From NCBI RefSeq assembly GCF_001194135.2, contig NC_068984.1, forward strand, positions 144,144,556 to 144,193,509: 48,954 nucleotides of DNA. Direction: 5' to 3'. Below the pieces are notes generated by a model. The model was not told the origin of the DNA. It searched no databases and saw only the letters and a program-made list of their open reading frames with translations. This stretch comes from Octopus bimaculoides. Its lineage: Eukaryota. Every line of letters starts with the position of its first letter. Position 1 is the stretch's first letter. Below, piece after piece: positions 45,201 through 48,954 of the stretch. The translations under genes and the position numbers were made by a program.

Positions 45201-45657
45201 CCCAACCTTTACTTTTTTTTTTTTTGTTTTAACGATTCATTTACTGTCCATGCACTTTTGGTTACTTTGTTGTGATGGGTTGTAGTGCACCTGAGCACTG
45301 TAAACAATAAGTTCATTGTTATTATTATTATTATTATTACTACTACATAAAGTTGTAGAAGGAGGACAAAACTAGAGAAACCTTGTTTATAACAAAAGAA
45401 TTTAATGACTCGTCCAGTATTATTTCAGCACAATTTTACTAATCAAATTCAGCTCTGAACTGAGCGGAACTGGACTGGACTGGTTTCAACTGGTCTGGAC
45501 TAAATGCTAATTCCATTCAAGTAAAGAATTTCAAATTTAAAAAAGAAAAAGAAAAAAAAAACAGTTCAGATGAATTATTAAGATAAAATTTTTATCCAAC
45601 GCGAGAAGCAGGTGAGAAATGATAGGAGTTAATTAGATTAATTCTAAAGTAGTTTAC

Positions 45658-45729
45658 CTGGAGATGGAGGTCTTCTGCCAAAGTTAGTGCGCCCCGAGTT
45701 GCCTTGATTTGCCAGTAAGTTCATTGACA
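45658..45729 (-). CDS. CAMSAP: CAMSAP/Patronin internal exon A (72 nt, phase 1-1): xSMNLLANQGNSGRTNFGRRPPSP
   Basis: Minus strand: pyrimidine tract ttttcttttctttgtAG, open 72-nt exon, donor G|GTAAAC. Splices in frame to exon B or to the 38823 exon. Paralogous to exon B. Confidence 0.75.
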
Positions 45730-47119
45730 CTACAAAGAAAAGAAAAATTATATCAAACATTAGTTTCAAAAGTAACAGTTTTATTGGAAATTAAATATAT
45801 ACATTTATGCTAATTAATTTATTTAATTAGAATCAGTGTCATTTTAAATATTGCACTAATTTCCTAAGTACACTAAGAAGAGTAAAATTAAACATTTCAA
45901 ATAACGACAACTGGCTACAAAAATATAAAGTCACAGGGTTTATAAAATAGTTTTAATGTTTAATTAAGGTTTACAGAGAATTTATAAAACAATTAAGATA
46001 TAAATAACAGCAAGAAAAAGACACCTTTTGCATTCATAGGCTTCAAGTGGTGACAGTAAAATTCAATATTCTTAGAAATATACAAAACCCCACATCAAAT
46101 ATAAAAGCAAGACCAATGGTTTGGCAATTAGGCATGCAGATGTAATTAAATCTTAATTAATCTTTTAAAATTATCCAGAGAAACTTTAAGACATGACTAC
46201 TTTAACACATTAACCACATGTCTCCAATGGTGCTTCATTGCAAACTTCACACAACCATCATATGCACCACCAGTGGTACAATTTTCAGAATTTGATAAAC
46301 TATTTTCATTCTGTATCTTTGACATGCATTCCAGGCTATTTAAACTAACATGAATGCTAAATATTGAAGTTTAATTATGAAATATCGTAAAAATGCAAAA
46401 AAAAAAAAAAAAAAAAAAAATCACATTTCCTTGTAATTAAACTAATCAGTTTGATTGGAAATATGTGGTGTCACCAGTAAGGTCCAGTAACAGGCTGCAG
46501 TGATTAATGTGTTAATGTATATAAACCGTCTACATTATTGTGTTGAGTCCGAAGACTCATAGCATTGGTCAGCTAGTATCCAGAGTTATAAATAACCAAA
46601 ACCACAACGTTGACCCTCAACGCAACACCAGACCATTACAGTTGAGTGGACTGAAGTAACGTTAAATAAAGTGTCTTGCTCAAATAAACCTTGACCGTAC
46701 AATCATGAGGGGCAACACCCTGACCAAAAGGCCTTAAATACATATTTTTGCTTATACTTATACAAACAGAATAAAACAATTAACAATTCATAACGAAGGG
46801 ATTGTTAAAACAAAGCTATACAGTTTATATCTATTCTATTTTTATAAAAAAAAAAAAAGAAAGGCTGTTAGACTAAAAATTAGTAAATTCCAGTTTAATT
46901 ATTTTACTGATACCAGTCATTAAGTTGGAGTATCACCCTCTATGAAATGATGAATACATCTTTGGGAAAACTTAAATCAATTATAATCACAAAGCTCTCT
47001 ATATTCAACTGGTTCCACAAACTGCCAGTTTCGTAGTGAATTACATCTACAGTCAGTGTTGGTGGCGCCACTGTTGTCCATCCATCTGTATTAGCCTCAC
47101 AACTGGCAGAGATAAGAAA

Positions 47120-47560
47120 CCTTTCTACAAGGCCTGGAGTTTCGGTGGGAGGTGGGACACTCAATTACACCAATTTTATCAACCCAAAGAGGATGAAAGG
47201 TAAAGTCCATCTTGGCCGAATTTGAACTTAGAACGTAAAGCCAGAAGACATGCAGCTGAGCATCTTGTCCAACATGCTTATGATTCTGTTGTGCTCACTG
47301 CCTTAACTGGACAACACAATAATAATTATAATTATAATATTAATCCTTTCTACTGGAAGTACAAGGCCTGAAATTTGGGAGAGGGGCTAGTCGATTAGAT
47401 TCCCCCACCCCCGTATGCAACTGGTACTTAATTTATTGACTCTGCAAAGATGAAAGGCAAAGTCGACCTCGGCGGAATTTGAACTCAGAACGTAGTGACA
47501 AGTGAAATACTGCTAAGCATTTCATCAAGCATGCTAACGATTCTGCCAGCTCACCGCCTT
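47120..47560 (-). mobile_element. Two tandem family C SINEs separated by an (AAT)n tract
   Basis: Both copies contain GATGAAAGG.AAAGTC.A.CT.GGC.GAATTTGAACT.AGAACGTA. Confidence 0.8.
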
Positions 47561-47569
47561 TGGCATAAT

Positions 47570-47608
<39 letters not shown>

Positions 47609-48504
47609 CTGTTGTTGTTGATCAATGGAAGTTCACTGAGGATTCAGTTGTTTAATCAAATTAATTGTTCATCCAATTAGCACGTAAGTGGCTGAGTATT
47701 CCATAGTCATGTGTACTCTTAACTTAATTCCCAATCAGAATCAGTACGACAGAGTGTACAACAAGGTTGTACCTTTGAATTACAGGTACAATCGATTACA
47801 GGTAAGAGGATCTCCACCAAATGTTATTTCAAATAATATTTAGAAGAGAGAAAACAGACAGAAAGATGTAACCCATGGTTGTCATAAGAAACCTGTGCAG
47901 TGGTGTGTGTGGGGTCTGAAGGGTCAAGTGAAAGAGTCAAGGATACAGAGCTGAAACCTGAAGTGCTGGGTTTATAGCAACAACAGAGAACGAAACACCA
48001 CAGACAATTGCCAAGTTGATAGTGAGAGGAACACTAAGAAACTATCAGACCAGTTATAAAATTACAGTCTGCAAATGGAAACTTTGGTATATTAAAGAAC
48101 TGTGCCAAGAGGAAGGTAGGAGGAAGGATAGGTTAGTATACCTACAGTGGAAATGCCTGAGATTTGACGCAGACTCTTCTACTGTTACTAGAAAAGCAAC
48201 TAAGGTGCTATATTAAGCCTAGCACAGACAAGGATTAAAGGGTTTTTCTAGATTGTATATATTACATCATAAGAATTCAGTAACTTCCAAAGATGTAAAA
48301 TAATTTATTTTTAATAATGTAAAGCTTTCCGGTAGCCTTCATGATCCAAAGGGGTTTTTAGCACAACATTTACTTGCTATTACTAACTGAAGCTATGTGA
48401 AATGAAGTACCTTGCTCAAGAACCCAATAACCTGGCCCAGGAATTGAACCCACAGCCTTACAATTGCAAGTCCAACAACCTAACCACTAGGTCACACAAG
48501 TTCA

Positions 48505-48650
48505 CATTATGTACATTATTTACATTTGGCGGATATTTGTCCTCATCTTGTTTGTTGTTAACATGTTTCGGCTGATATACCCTCCAACCTTCATCAGTTG
48601 TCTTGGGGAAACTTCAAACCTGGGTTCTCATTCCTAAGGTATTTTTCAAT
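48505..48650 (-). repeat. Interspersed repeat carrying a minimal hammerhead-ribozyme-like core
   Basis: Minus strand CTGATGA-a-GGTTG-gagggtatat-CAGCC-GAAAC. The same repeat tail (gaggacaaatatccg..aatgtaaataat) recurs at about 7465-7494. Confidence 0.6.
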
Positions 48651-48652
48651 GC

Positions 48653-48683
<31 letters not shown>

Positions 48684-48954
48684 GTTCAGTTGTTTTATTT
48701 TTATAACGTGCTTTCACTTCACTACCGAGCGCAGCTCTGTGCGCCTTGGGTATGTGCTGTGGTGCTCTTATGTTTACTGTATTGAAAGTGTTTTGCGTAG
48801 AATGTGTGCAGTACCCAGTAGTGCAATTTTCTGTATGTTATATATATTTGTAAGTCCTGGTGTTTTTGTTATGTATTTGTCTGAATATTTTTTTTATTAT
48901 ACCTAAGGCACCTACTATGATAGGAATTGTTTCTGTTTTTAGATTCCACATTCG
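48653..48954 (-). mobile_element. 3' end of an RLE-type (R4/Dong-like) non-LTR retrotransposon with 3' UTR and (TAA)n tail
   Basis: RMWNLKTETIPIIVGALGII-(+1 frameshift in an A8 run)-KKYSDKYITKTPGLTNIYNIQKIALLGTAHILRKTLSIQ*, stop at 48776-48774. IP...GALG and QK..LLGTA.ILR are R4/Dong C-terminal motifs. (TAA)n at 48653-48683. Confidence 0.85.

Overview
AT-rich, repeat-dense eukaryotic genomic DNA with assembly gaps. The SINE families, microsatellite load and gene types look like a coleoid cephalopod, most likely Octopus (inference, no database check). Three protein-coding genes are supported, all on the minus strand. (1) The 3' end of a CAMSAP/Patronin gene: six exons rebuilt from GT-AG sites and phases, encoding the C-terminal CKK domain and including two paralogous 72-nt exons that are candidate mutually exclusive exons. 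(2) A 2.64-kb single-ORF gene for a probably secreted protein with PAN, long coiled-coil and two C-type lectin domains. (3) A two-exon RDH11-14-like short-chain dehydrogenase with substitutions in its Gly-rich and catalytic-Ser motifs. The remainder is tRNA-derived SINEs, decayed LINE fragments (Tx1/L1-like, RTE, CR1, R4/Dong-like), a Tc1/mariner remnant, hAT MITEs with target-site duplications, palindromic elements, a 5S rRNA-derived pseudogene, two hammerhead-ribozyme-like motifs and simple repeats. Most ORFs in the supplied track are spurious. SINE and LINE boundaries are approximate (about +/-20 bp); exon boundaries were read base by base.
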